DNA of 64,000 bases from a virus. Taxonomy: Duplodnaviria > Caudoviricetes. Shown piece after piece: positions 17,042-25,460 of the stretch (position 1 is the stretch's first letter; every line of letters starts with the position of its first letter). The stretch covers positions 1 through 64,000 of IMG/VR virus record IMGVR_UViG_3300032004_000001; one strand, 5' to 3'. The position numbers were made by a program, and so were the translations under genes. The notes beneath the pieces were generated by a model. It was given only the letters and a program-made list of their open reading frames with translations, was not told the origin of the DNA and did no database searches.

Positions 17042-19927
17042 ATGTACCACTTCCTTCAGTTCAAGACGGACAAGAAGGAACCATGGCGGATGTATACAGA
17101 GGAGCAGCTGCAAAAGGCTGATCTTCCGGGCCCGCCTGCGTTCAAAACAGTCCTGATGGTTGACCAAAACCCCGAAGAAGTAACTGAGAAGGGCCTTGAT
17201 GCAATCGAGACCGTTCACTACATGGGGCCGATGTACCTTGACTTTGACGACGCTGACGACATCGACCGAGTGCTGGGCGAGGTCAACGCGGTAATCGACT
17301 ACCTGATGAACAAGCTGGACATCCCGGCTGAATTCATCCACTGCTGGCTCTCCGGCGGGAAGGGTGTGCACATCACAGTGCCTGCCCAGGTCTTTGGTGT
17401 TAAGAAACCCACAAAGTTCCTTCCAATGATCTATCGCGAGATCATGATGACCATCCTGAAAGGGTCCGGTCTCGAGTCTCCGTGCACTATCGACGAGTCG
17501 GTCTACTCCTGCGGCAAGGGGCGGATGTGGCGCTGTGAGGGCATCCCACGCCCGGGCAGTGGGACCTTCAAGGTCGGTACCACGCCGAACGAACTGGCCG
17601 ACATGAACAGCGAGGAGTACCACGCTATCGTGGCTACGGCTCGTCCTCCCCTGTCGGTGGCACAGCCAGGCAAGAACGTGACCTATGCCAAGGCTGAGCA
17701 GCTGCTCAAAGCCGCCCGGGTCACCGCGGCTCGCAAGGTTAAGGCCATGGGCGCCGCTTGCGTGGTGCCCAAGGAAGCCATGCGTGAGTGGGAAGGCATC
17801 CCAGGCTGCATCGAGAAGCTGATCACCGAGGGAGACGCAGGCAACTCGAACTGGAACCAGGCAGCCATGCAACTGGCGGCCTACATCTCGGCGCGCTACG
17901 ACAAGTCGGAAGAGAAGGAATACATGGACCTGCTGGTTCGTCCGTTCGTCAAGAACGTCGAGTCGAGCAGCCGACCTTCGGAAACCGAGCGCCTCAAGCA
18001 TGTCCAGGGCCAGCTGCATCGCTGCTTCAGTGGCTCCATCAAGTTCGCCCCTGGCGCGCTGATCGCAACGATCGGCACCCCATGCCGGGAGTGCCCTATC
18101 TGCCGTGCAGACGTCGCCAGCGGCGAGACCAAGCAGGGTGAAGTGGCTCAGTACAACAGCGACGTCAAAATTCGCTGGGACGTGAGCGGCTACTACCTGG
18201 TTGGCGAGGACAGCAGCCGCCAACTGACCAACTTCACCTTCTGGCCGTACATGGAAGTGTTCGAGCTGGAGCCCTACACCGACGATCGGGGCCACTCCGG
18301 CTGGCGCAACACCGAGCGTAAGGAGTTGGTCGGCAAGCTGATCGTGGCCGGCAGCGATGAAGTCACCGAGGTGTCCATCTCGGAACGTTCCTGGGGATCC
18401 AAGCGCGATCTGATCGCGGCGGTGAAAGGCCGGGACGCTGCCATCTACGCCGGAGACGGCGAGATCCAGAAAATATTGGTTGCAATCCTGAAGTTCTCCC
18501 GGGACAAAACCGAAGATAAGGAGTTAGAAAAGATGATCCGTGCGAACGTCTGCGGGGTCGTACTTGACCGTGGCGAGAAAGGCACGGTCGCTCATTACGT
18601 TGAAGCAGGCAACGCGATAACCAGCCTTGGTAGCCGCAGCCCGTACCGCTTCAACGGCAATGCTCGGCAGTCGCCAGCGCTAATCCAGGGTAGCAACCCG
18701 CTGCCCGACGACGAGCAACTGGCTCAAACCATCCGCGCCTTGTGCCGGGTAAATGAGCCGGTGGAAGTGGCCAAGATGCTTGGCTGGTTCGTTGCCTGTC
18801 ACTTTCGTGAGCACATTCAGTTCGAGGAGCCTCAGTTCCCCCTGCTGAACATCTACGGCAACGCCGGTGCGGGAAAGTCCTGCCTGGCTACCCTGATCGC
18901 AATGATCAATGGAATCGACTACACCAAAGCAGAGCTGCAGAACGTCGAGGTCGGCACACTGTACCCGTTGGTGAAGTACGTGAGCAGCTCCACCACGGTG
19001 CCCAGGCTGATCGAAGAGGTCAACCCGGTGCAACTGGGCAATGCCCGCTACGGACAGATCCTGGGCATCCTGAAGGCAGCCTGGAGTCACGCACCGATCC
19101 AGCGTGGCCAGGTCAACAGCAACCGCGAGCTGTCGGTCAGCGAGGACAGGGTCTCGGCCCCACTCGTTTACACCAGCGAGCAATCCGCCACAACCCCTGC
19201 CCTGCGCAGCCGGTCGGTGGAGGTCAGGCTCCAGGCCAAGACGCTGCAGAACCAGGAATACCGGGACAACTACCGCTTTGCGGTACAGAACCGGCAGGCC
19301 CTGCTGCGCATTGCCAGAGCGTTGGTAACGGTCGCCCTGGGCACTTCGCCCAAGGCCCTGCTGAAGATCCTGCACAGCAAATCAACCCTGATACACAAGG
19401 CCATTGAGGATCGGCCACGTTGGGGGATGCAGTGCTGCTTCACCGGGTTGCACATGCTGATTCACACCATGAACGAGTTCAAGGTGGAAGGCGTGGAAGA
19501 TGTGCAGTTCCTGTACGACGAGCTGGTCACCTACATGGGCGGCAGAGTCACAGAAGCAGAGCGCGGCAAGTCGGCTTCTGAGGTGGATCGTGTCTTGGGC
19601 ACAATGAACATACTGGCTGACGACACCATGGACGAACGCATCAGGCTGATCCCCGGCAAGCATTACTGGCGCCAGGGCGACTCGCTGTACCTGGTGCTGC
19701 AGTCTTGTCTGCCGCGCTACCACGCTTACACCAAGACCGTCGGCGAGCAGCCGGTGATCCGCCAATTCCAGCAGCTGTCTCAGCTGATCGAAGGCGAGGT
19801 GTACTTCCAGCGGATTGAACCGCACCCACAGAATGGCGAGATCGATGTCTACGTGATCAGTGTGAAAACGCTGGCCGACAAGGGAACGTCACTCAACAAC
19901 TTCGTGAAGGAAACGGAGCCAGCATGA
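17042..19927 (+). CDS. Archaeo-eukaryotic primase (AEP) fused to a P-loop helicase-like domain
   Basis: YLDFDDAD (motif I), SGGKGVH (motif II), Cys-rich PGC...CRECPIC region, Walker A GNAGAGKS, Walker B-like LIEE. Confidence 0.8.
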   Translation: MYHFLQFKTDKKEPWRMYTEEQLQKADLPGPPAFKTVLMVDQNPEEVTEKGLDAIETVHYMGPMYLDFDDADDIDRVLGEVNAVIDYLMNKLDIPAEFIHCWLSGGKGVHITVPAQVFGVKKPTKFLPMIYREIMMTILKGSGLESPCTIDESVYSCGKGRMWRCEGIPRPGSGTFKVGTTPNELADMNSEEYHAIVATARPPLSVAQPGKNVTYAKAEQLLKAARVTAARKVKAMGAACVVPKEAMREWEGIPGCIEKLITEGDAGNSNWNQAAMQLAAYISARYDKSEEKEYMDLLVRPFVKNVESSSRPSETERLKHVQGQLHRCFSGSIKFAPGALIATIGTPCRECPICRADVASGETKQGEVAQYNSDVKIRWDVSGYYLVGEDSSRQLTNFTFWPYMEVFELEPYTDDRGHSGWRNTERKELVGKLIVAGSDEVTEVSISERSWGSKRDLIAAVKGRDAAIYAGDGEIQKILVAILKFSRDKTEDKELEKMIRANVCGVVLDRGEKGTVAHYVEAGNAITSLGSRSPYRFNGNARQSPALIQGSNPLPDDEQLAQTIRALCRVNEPVEVAKMLGWFVACHFREHIQFEEPQFPLLNIYGNAGAGKSCLATLIAMINGIDYTKAELQNVEVGTLYPLVKYVSSSTTVPRLIEEVNPVQLGNARYGQILGILKAAWSHAPIQRGQVNSNRELSVSEDRVSAPLVYTSEQSATTPALRSRSVEVRLQAKTLQNQEYRDNYRFAVQNRQALLRIARALVTVALGTSPKALLKILHSKSTLIHKAIEDRPRWGMQCCFTGLHMLIHTMNEFKVEGVEDVQFLYDELVTYMGGRVTEAERGKSASEVDRVLGTMNILADDTMDERIRLIPGKHYWRQGDSLYLVLQSCLPRYHAYTKTVGEQPVIRQFQQLSQLIEGEVYFQRIEPHPQNGEIDVYVISVKTLADKGTSLNNFVKETEPA

Positions 19928-20151
19928 TGGAAAATTACGCCGACCCAGTAGACCGCGCAGTAGTGGAACAAGAGCGCCTGCTCGAGGAACACCTGCGTCA
20001 AGCCCTCAAGCAGCCGGTTGAAAAACTGGCTGACCTGGGGATCTGCCACAACTGCCACGAAGGTACGACAGCCGGTCAGCGCTTCTGCGATGCCGACTGC
20101 CGGGACGATTACGAGAAGCGCTCACGCAGCCGAAAACAGAGGGTTTACTGA
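19924..20151 (+). CDS. TraR/DksA-like small C4 zinc-finger protein
   Basis: DPVDRA (DxxDxA) helix tip followed by CHNC-x10-CDADC. Confidence 0.6.
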   Translation: MMENYADPVDRAVVEQERLLEEHLRQALKQPVEKLADLGICHNCHEGTTAGQRFCDADCRDDYEKRSRSRKQRVY

Positions 20152-21839
20152 TGGGCAAGAGTCTTCACGACTTGATGCTCACAGTCGGGGTGGGCAACCA
20201 CCCCGCCTGGTTTAGCCAGATCCCCCTTCCGAACTGGCCGATGGAGCATCAGCTGGAAACGATCAAGGTCTATCCCTGGAACGACCGATACGGAGATTTT
20301 TCAGAGCCTGGCACCGGCAAGACGTACCCGGCCCAGGTCCACGCAATCATGATGGCAGCCATGGGCAACCGGGTCGTGTTCACCACGCTGCCCGGCCTGA
20401 TCCCCCAGTTCATGGATGAGTTCGAGGAGTTCTTCCCGGGCATCCACCAGCACCTGAAGATCGAACACCTGGACTGCACTGCCACACAGAAGAGGAAAAA
20501 GGAGCAGGTGTGGGATGCTGAGGGCTGGCCGGACATCCTGGTCCTGTCCTACGACATCTACCGCCTGTACAACGACAAACATCCGATGAAAAAGATCGGA
20601 AATAATCAGTGGAAAATCAGGAATATCAACAAGATAGGGACTCCCGAAGAGTTCGCAACCAGCTACTTTATCGAGAGCGGCGAGGACAAAGGCAGTCCTC
20701 GCTTCCCGAAGGCTCAGCCCTACACCCGGGACGGCAGGCCGATCAACAAGGCAGGAAAAGCCAAGAACCCCAAGCAGCTCCTGCTGAAGGAACACGGCTA
20801 CAACGTCCTGTTCTTCGACGAAGGCGATGCGCTGTGCGGGCTGGAGTCCATCCTGTCCGAGTCGGTGGCTGAGATGAGCATGCGGATGAAGGACGACGTG
20901 GCGATCTACATTATGACCGGCACACCCGTCCCGACGAAGCTGCACAATGCCTACGGCCTGATCCGCTTGATCAACCCGACCGCCTACCTCAACAAGGCCG
21001 CCTTCCTCAGGCAGCACTGTGAGCACGAGGAGTTCGAAATCCCGCTGCCCAGCGGGAAGACCAAGAAGATCAAGCAGATTGTCGGCTACATCAACACCGA
21101 GAAGGTCTACGAAGCGCTGTGGAAGAATGCTCGCCGCGTGCAGAAGCGCGACGTAATACCGATGCCGGAGCCGATCATCAGCGAGGTGCCGGTCAAGCTG
21201 TCCGGTCGCCACCTGAAGCTGTACCAGCAAGTCATCCGGGACCGGTTCGCCATCCTGGGCGATCTGGTGCTGGCGCCGGACAGCGCCAGTGCGCTGCGGC
21301 ACCTGGCTCTGCAGCTGATCAGCTGCCCCAGCAAGTTCGACCCCACCCTCACGGAGTGTGACGAGCTGGCCAGGGCCACCGGCGACCTGGTTGCCTCACT
21401 TAACCCAGGCCCGAAGCGCAAGCTGATCATCTTCGCGTTCTACCGCCAAGCCATTGAAGGCCTCGCCATGCAGTTCGCCCACCGCAAGGTGGCGATCATC
21501 TACGGCGGGATCAGCAATCGGCAGCAGGAGCTGGACAAGTTCCAGAACGATGACGAGTGCGACACGATCATCATCCAATGGGTGTCCGGCGGGGCGGGGC
21601 TGAACCTGCAGGTGGCCAGCTACATCATCTTCTACGAGTGCCCAACCTCGCCCAAGGCAGCCAAACAGGCGATCGCCAGGGCGGACAGGAAGGGCCAGAT
21701 CAACATCGTCAACGTGTACTTCATGCGGGTACTCAGGACGCTGTCCGACAAGAACTTCAAGGCGCTGTTGGCCAACGAAGAAAGCAATAACAGGGTGATC
21801 AAGGACAGGCACGACCTGCTCCATGAATTACTCGGTTGA
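20151..21839 (+). CDS. SNF2/SF2-family DNA helicase
   Basis: SEPGTGKT, FFDEGD, MTGTP, SGGAGLNLQ, QAIARADRKGQ. Confidence 0.9.
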   Translation: MGKSLHDLMLTVGVGNHPAWFSQIPLPNWPMEHQLETIKVYPWNDRYGDFSEPGTGKTYPAQVHAIMMAAMGNRVVFTTLPGLIPQFMDEFEEFFPGIHQHLKIEHLDCTATQKRKKEQVWDAEGWPDILVLSYDIYRLYNDKHPMKKIGNNQWKIRNINKIGTPEEFATSYFIESGEDKGSPRFPKAQPYTRDGRPINKAGKAKNPKQLLLKEHGYNVLFFDEGDALCGLESILSESVAEMSMRMKDDVAIYIMTGTPVPTKLHNAYGLIRLINPTAYLNKAAFLRQHCEHEEFEIPLPSGKTKKIKQIVGYINTEKVYEALWKNARRVQKRDVIPMPEPIISEVPVKLSGRHLKLYQQVIRDRFAILGDLVLAPDSASALRHLALQLISCPSKFDPTLTECDELARATGDLVASLNPGPKRKLIIFAFYRQAIEGLAMQFAHRKVAIIYGGISNRQQELDKFQNDDECDTIIIQWVSGGAGLNLQVASYIIFYECPTSPKAAKQAIARADRKGQINIVNVYFMRVLRTLSDKNFKALLANEESNNRVIKDRHDLLHELLG

Positions 21840-21873
21840 CAGAGGGCCAGGCTGCTCTGTATAAAACAGCCTG
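21836..21873 (+). promoter_or_regulatory. Strong sigma70-like promoter with inverted repeat around -10
   Basis: TTGACA-18-TATAAA; CAGGCTG (21848) ... CAGCCTG (21867). Confidence 0.65.
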
Positions 21874-21888
21874 CGCTGGCGGATTCCT

Positions 21889-21900
21889 CGCTAGTTGCCG
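21889..21900 (+). promoter_or_regulatory. Putative operator CGCTAGTTGCCG
   Basis: Member of the recurrent intergenic 12-mer family. Confidence 0.5.
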
Positions 21901-21955
21901 ATGAAAGCGATAACGAAAGCTACACCCAAACTTAACTCTGAAAGAGATCACGATC

Positions 21956-22831
21956 ATGGCTTTGAAGCGCGCAGTTCCAACCCAAACCGAAGAAACCACC
22001 AACACTGCAGCCGACGTTGCGGTGAAGGAAACTGAGGTCAAGAAGACTGAAGTTCAGGAAGAGGCTGCCAAGGAGCCGGTGGCCGCTAAGGAAGCAGAGC
22101 AGGTCAAGGAGACCGTCCAGGAACAGGCCGCGGAAACGGAAGCCGAGCCTGAAAAAGAACCTGAAGCAGAAGTGCAGGCCGAAGAAATCAAGCCACAGGA
22201 AGTGGCCGTCAAGGCTGAAACCACGGCTGTGCAGGTCAGCAACACCGAGCGCCAAGCGGGCGCAGCTAAACAGTTCTCGCAGGAAATGGCGGCTCAGGGC
22301 TTCGAAGGCCTGAACCTGACCGGGATGTCGTTCGACCGCGTCAAGCTGGACGAAGGTAAGTTCCTCCTGGGCAGTGAGGAGGTGGACCTGAACACCTCCA
22401 TCAAGGTCAACATCCTCAGCACCCGCAACATCTACATCGTCCGCCAATACGCCGGTGAAGGCGCCGAGCTGTTCTACAGCTACGACAAGCACGGCAAAAC
22501 CATGACCGACGGCTCCAGCGCCCAGGAGACTCTGGACAGCTGGCTGGAAGATGGCTACGGCACCCCCGAAGCCCATCTGGACATCAAGGAATACATCGAG
22601 GCCATGGCCCAGCTCAAGGATCGTGAAGACGAATACGACGAGCACATGATCTCGCTGTCCATTCCGCCTGCTTCGAAGGATCGTCTGGCAGGTGCTTTCG
22701 CCGTTGGCGTTCGCAAGTTTAACTGCGCACCAGGTGAGCTGATCATCGAATGCACGGTCGGCAAAAAGGTCGGCACCGGCGAGAAAGCGTTCCGTCCGTG
22801 GAACTTCAAAGCCATCGGCGTTAACGAGTAA
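21956..22831 (+). CDS. Protein with acidic/Ala-rich disordered N-terminus; candidate ssDNA-binding protein
   Basis: Own promoter and terminator within the replication block; beta-rich aromatic C-terminal domain; the SSB call is inference. Confidence 0.45.
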   Translation: MALKRAVPTQTEETTNTAADVAVKETEVKKTEVQEEAAKEPVAAKEAEQVKETVQEQAAETEAEPEKEPEAEVQAEEIKPQEVAVKAETTAVQVSNTERQAGAAKQFSQEMAAQGFEGLNLTGMSFDRVKLDEGKFLLGSEEVDLNTSIKVNILSTRNIYIVRQYAGEGAELFYSYDKHGKTMTDGSSAQETLDSWLEDGYGTPEAHLDIKEYIEAMAQLKDREDEYDEHMISLSIPPASKDRLAGAFAVGVRKFNCAPGELIIECTVGKKVGTGEKAFRPWNFKAIGVNE

Positions 22832-22849
22832 CACCGCGCGCTGACCTGC

Positions 22850-22884
22850 AGCCCGGCCGGGATTTTCCAGCCGGGCTTTTTATT
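22850..22884 (+). terminator. Rho-independent terminator
   Basis: AGCCCGGC...GCCGGGCT followed by TTTTATT. Confidence 0.85.
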
Positions 22885-22906
22885 CCCTGAATTTTGAGAG
22901 ATGACC

Positions 22907-23542
22907 ATGACTTATGTTTTCCGCGTGCTCCCTGCAGAAACCCTCGGCCAATACATCGACGAGGCGGTTCTTGCCGACATCCCCGTCGAACATCATGAAG
23001 AGATCGCCGGCATCATCTACAGCGGTATGGTCCTGGAGCTGGCTAAGCCAGGCCAGGCAATGCTGGATACCCTGAAGTTCAGCGGTTTCCTCAACCTGTT
23101 GCAAATCTGCTGCAAAGTGATTGACCGCGGCAACGAGCTGGACTTGGTGAAGAAGGTAATCGTCTACAACAAGGACCCCAAGGAACTCCCTACCTTCACC
23201 GAATTCAAGCTGCCGAGCAGCCAGGGACTGGGGCAGGCGCTGGACGCCATGACGCCGGAGAAGATGCACATGCTGCACATGGCCGTAGGCCTGGCCGGCG
23301 AAGCCGCTGAAATGCTGGAGCAGGTCATGTCTCACGTCCTCGGCGCCGATCTGGATGGCGAAAACGTCCGGGAAGAAGCCGGTGACGCGCTGTTCTACAC
23401 CGTGGGCCTGCTGAATGGCATCCAGACCTCGCTGCACGAAACGGCGCTGGCCAACAAGGTCAAGCTGAAGGGCAAGCGCTACAAGAACGGGTACAGCGAC
23501 AAGGCTGCCCAGGAGCGCGCTGACAAACAACCCGGCCAGTAA
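22907..23542 (+). CDS. MazG-like NTP pyrophosphohydrolase with N-terminal extra domain
   Basis: GLAGEAAEMLE...EEAGDALFY...NKVKL. Confidence 0.8.
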   Translation: MTYVFRVLPAETLGQYIDEAVLADIPVEHHEEIAGIIYSGMVLELAKPGQAMLDTLKFSGFLNLLQICCKVIDRGNELDLVKKVIVYNKDPKELPTFTEFKLPSSQGLGQALDAMTPEKMHMLHMAVGLAGEAAEMLEQVMSHVLGADLDGENVREEAGDALFYTVGLLNGIQTSLHETALANKVKLKGKRYKNGYSDKAAQERADKQPGQ

Positions 23543-23549
23543 GTGATCC

Positions 23550-23574
23550 GCTCCCGTCGAAAGGCGGGAGCTTT
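23550..23574 (+). terminator. GAAA-loop hairpin, weak terminator
   Basis: GCTCCCGTC-GAAA-GGCGGGAGC-TTT. Confidence 0.55.
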
Positions 23575-23590
23575 GCTCAAGGAGAAAGGC

Positions 23591-23887
23591 ATGAACATCA
23601 TCTTCTGTTCACCCGCGGCGACGGGCAAAACACACTTCAAGGAAGCGCTGAAGAAGCACTTCAACTGTGACCGGGTGTTCGACGATGGAGAGCTGCTCGG
23701 GCAGCGCACACCTGGTCAGGAGGCTGTAAAGCGGTCGCTCATCCTGTGCACCGATCCAGCACCCTGTGACGGTGAGCTGCTCACCCGTGAGCAAATGAAT
23801 AAAGCCATGGTCGCCGTCGGCGGCATCCCGATCTGGAATGACGACGGATCGGTCAACCACTGCGGTAAACGGAAAGGACTGAACTAA
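23591..23887 (+). CDS. Small P-loop protein
   Basis: IIFCSPAATGKT Walker A-like motif; AAGGAG RBS. Confidence 0.65.
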   Translation: MNIIFCSPAATGKTHFKEALKKHFNCDRVFDDGELLGQRTPGQEAVKRSLILCTDPAPCDGELLTREQMNKAMVAVGGIPIWNDDGSVNHCGKRKGLN

Positions 23888-24576
23888 TGCACGCGCTCTA
23901 CGTAGATCATATGGGCAACGACCTGTCGGTAGTCAAGGCTGCCAAGGTCAGTTTCGCCAACGACGTCGAGGTCTCAGCTTTCATCACGCGGCTCGACGCC
24001 GAGCTGCACGAGAAGGCCACCGGCCAGAAGGTCCGCTCCCACGAGGCGCTGATCCAGTACCTGGCCAGCCACGACCACTGGACGCCGTTCGCTCACACTT
24101 CGATCACCCTGCGCATGGCGGCGCCGGTACCGATCCGCACCCAGTGCTTCAAGCACAAGGTCGGCTTCGTCGAGAACGAAGAGAGCCGCCGCTACATCAG
24201 CGACCGACCGGTGCTGTTCGTGCCGGAAGTCTTCCGCCAGGCACCGGATGGCGACAAGGTCAAGCAGGGCAGCGCCGGCCCTCATTTGGCCAGTCAATAC
24301 TGGAAAGACGTGTACATCCGAGACTGCGAATACATGATCAACCAGTACATGAAGGCGGTGGAGGACGGCGTAGCGCCTGAGCAAGCCAGGCTGTTCCTAC
24401 CCCAGGGCGTCGAGGTGAACTGGTACTGGACCGGTAGCCTGTATGCGTATGCCCAGGCTTGGATCAAACGTACCGACAGCCACGCCCAGGAAGAGATCCG
24501 CGACTTGTTCGAACCGGTCGGCGAAATCATGGGCAAGCTGTTCCCCTTCAGTTGGAAAGCACTTACGGCGGTGTGA
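23887..24576 (+). CDS. thyX: FAD-dependent thymidylate synthase ThyX
   Basis: HWTPFAH, KHKVGFVENEESRRY, EQARLFLPQG, HAQEEIR. Confidence 0.93.
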   Translation: MHALYVDHMGNDLSVVKAAKVSFANDVEVSAFITRLDAELHEKATGQKVRSHEALIQYLASHDHWTPFAHTSITLRMAAPVPIRTQCFKHKVGFVENEESRRYISDRPVLFVPEVFRQAPDGDKVKQGSAGPHLASQYWKDVYIRDCEYMINQYMKAVEDGVAPEQARLFLPQGVEVNWYWTGSLYAYAQAWIKRTDSHAQEEIRDLFEPVGEIMGKLFPFSWKALTAV

Positions 24577-24577
24577 T

Positions 24578-25168
24578 ATGTACGAAGAATTTTCAGAGCT
24601 GTGTGAACTGCCTGTGTCAATTGATCTGGAGACGGCCGGCCTGGCGCCGAACGCTCCTATCCTGTCCATCGGTGCCGTGCGTTTCAGGAAGGACGGCGTC
24701 CCGCTGCCTGGACCAGAGCATGAGTTCATCTGCACCCTCGACCTGAAAGGCCAGGCACCCATTGACCCTAGCACCTTCTACTGGTGGCTGCGACAGAGCC
24801 GTGAGGCCCAGGACGCTGTGATGGAAGGAGAGGGCGGGCTGAGCCTCGGCAATGCACTCCGCGCCCTGTGGCAGTGGCTTCAAGCTGGCAGCACGGTGGT
24901 CGGAAGTCAGTCGAACTTCACCGGTGAGATGTGGATTCGCGGAGACCGCGACAGCTGTTGGCTGGAAGAGGCTCACAAGCGAGAGGGGATCAAGCCCGCG
25001 TACAAGTTCGGCATGGTGCGTGATCAGCGCACGATGGTGGCCTTCGCCGAAGCCCGCGGGGTGATCATGCCGCACCGCAGCGGTGTCGCTCACGATGCAC
25101 TCGAAGACGCCCGCTACCAAGCGCAGTGCCTGCAGGCGGTATTTCAACGCTGGCCGGAGATCGGATAA
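24578..25168 (+). CDS. DEDD 3'-5' exonuclease (DUF5051/Rv2179c-like)
   Basis: IDLETAG...ILSIGAV...RDQRT...HDALEDA. Confidence 0.85.
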   Translation: MYEEFSELCELPVSIDLETAGLAPNAPILSIGAVRFRKDGVPLPGPEHEFICTLDLKGQAPIDPSTFYWWLRQSREAQDAVMEGEGGLSLGNALRALWQWLQAGSTVVGSQSNFTGEMWIRGDRDSCWLEEAHKREGIKPAYKFGMVRDQRTMVAFAEARGVIMPHRSGVAHDALEDARYQAQCLQAVFQRWPEIG

Positions 25169-25452
25169 TGAAAGCGATGCTCAAGTTTGGATTGAAAGTA
25201 GGGCACAACCACATCCGTATGCCTGGTGGGTTGTCCAGCGCAGCGGGTGGAGCGCAGATCGCCCATCAGCCCGGGCAGCAGGATCCGCTGCAGCTGTGGT
25301 GCCTGGTTGACGACTCCCACGAGGAGGTTGTCGAGCACATCTACGTCGCCTTGACCGGCGAAGCCCTGGACTACAACAAGACATACCACCTGATGGGCAC
25401 GGTACTCCTCAACGGCGGGGGCTTCGTGGTCCACGCACTCTACGTTAAATAG
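25168..25452 (+). CDS. Hypothetical protein
   Basis: TAATG coupling. Confidence 0.7.
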   Translation: MKAMLKFGLKVGHNHIRMPGGLSSAAGGAQIAHQPGQQDPLQLWCLVDDSHEEVVEHIYVALTGEALDYNKTYHLMGTVLLNGGGFVVHALYVK

Positions 25453-25460
25453 GAGAAACC

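Noticed and set aside
21857-21869. CTGTATAAAACAG resembling a LexA box
   Set aside because: Spacing is 13 bp, not the 16-bp CTG-N10-CAG; better explained as the -10 element.
21896-21925. CCGATGA...CGAAA resembling a hammerhead ribozyme core
   Set aside because: Core U4 is C, there is no stem II or stem I, and the cleavage-site base would be G.
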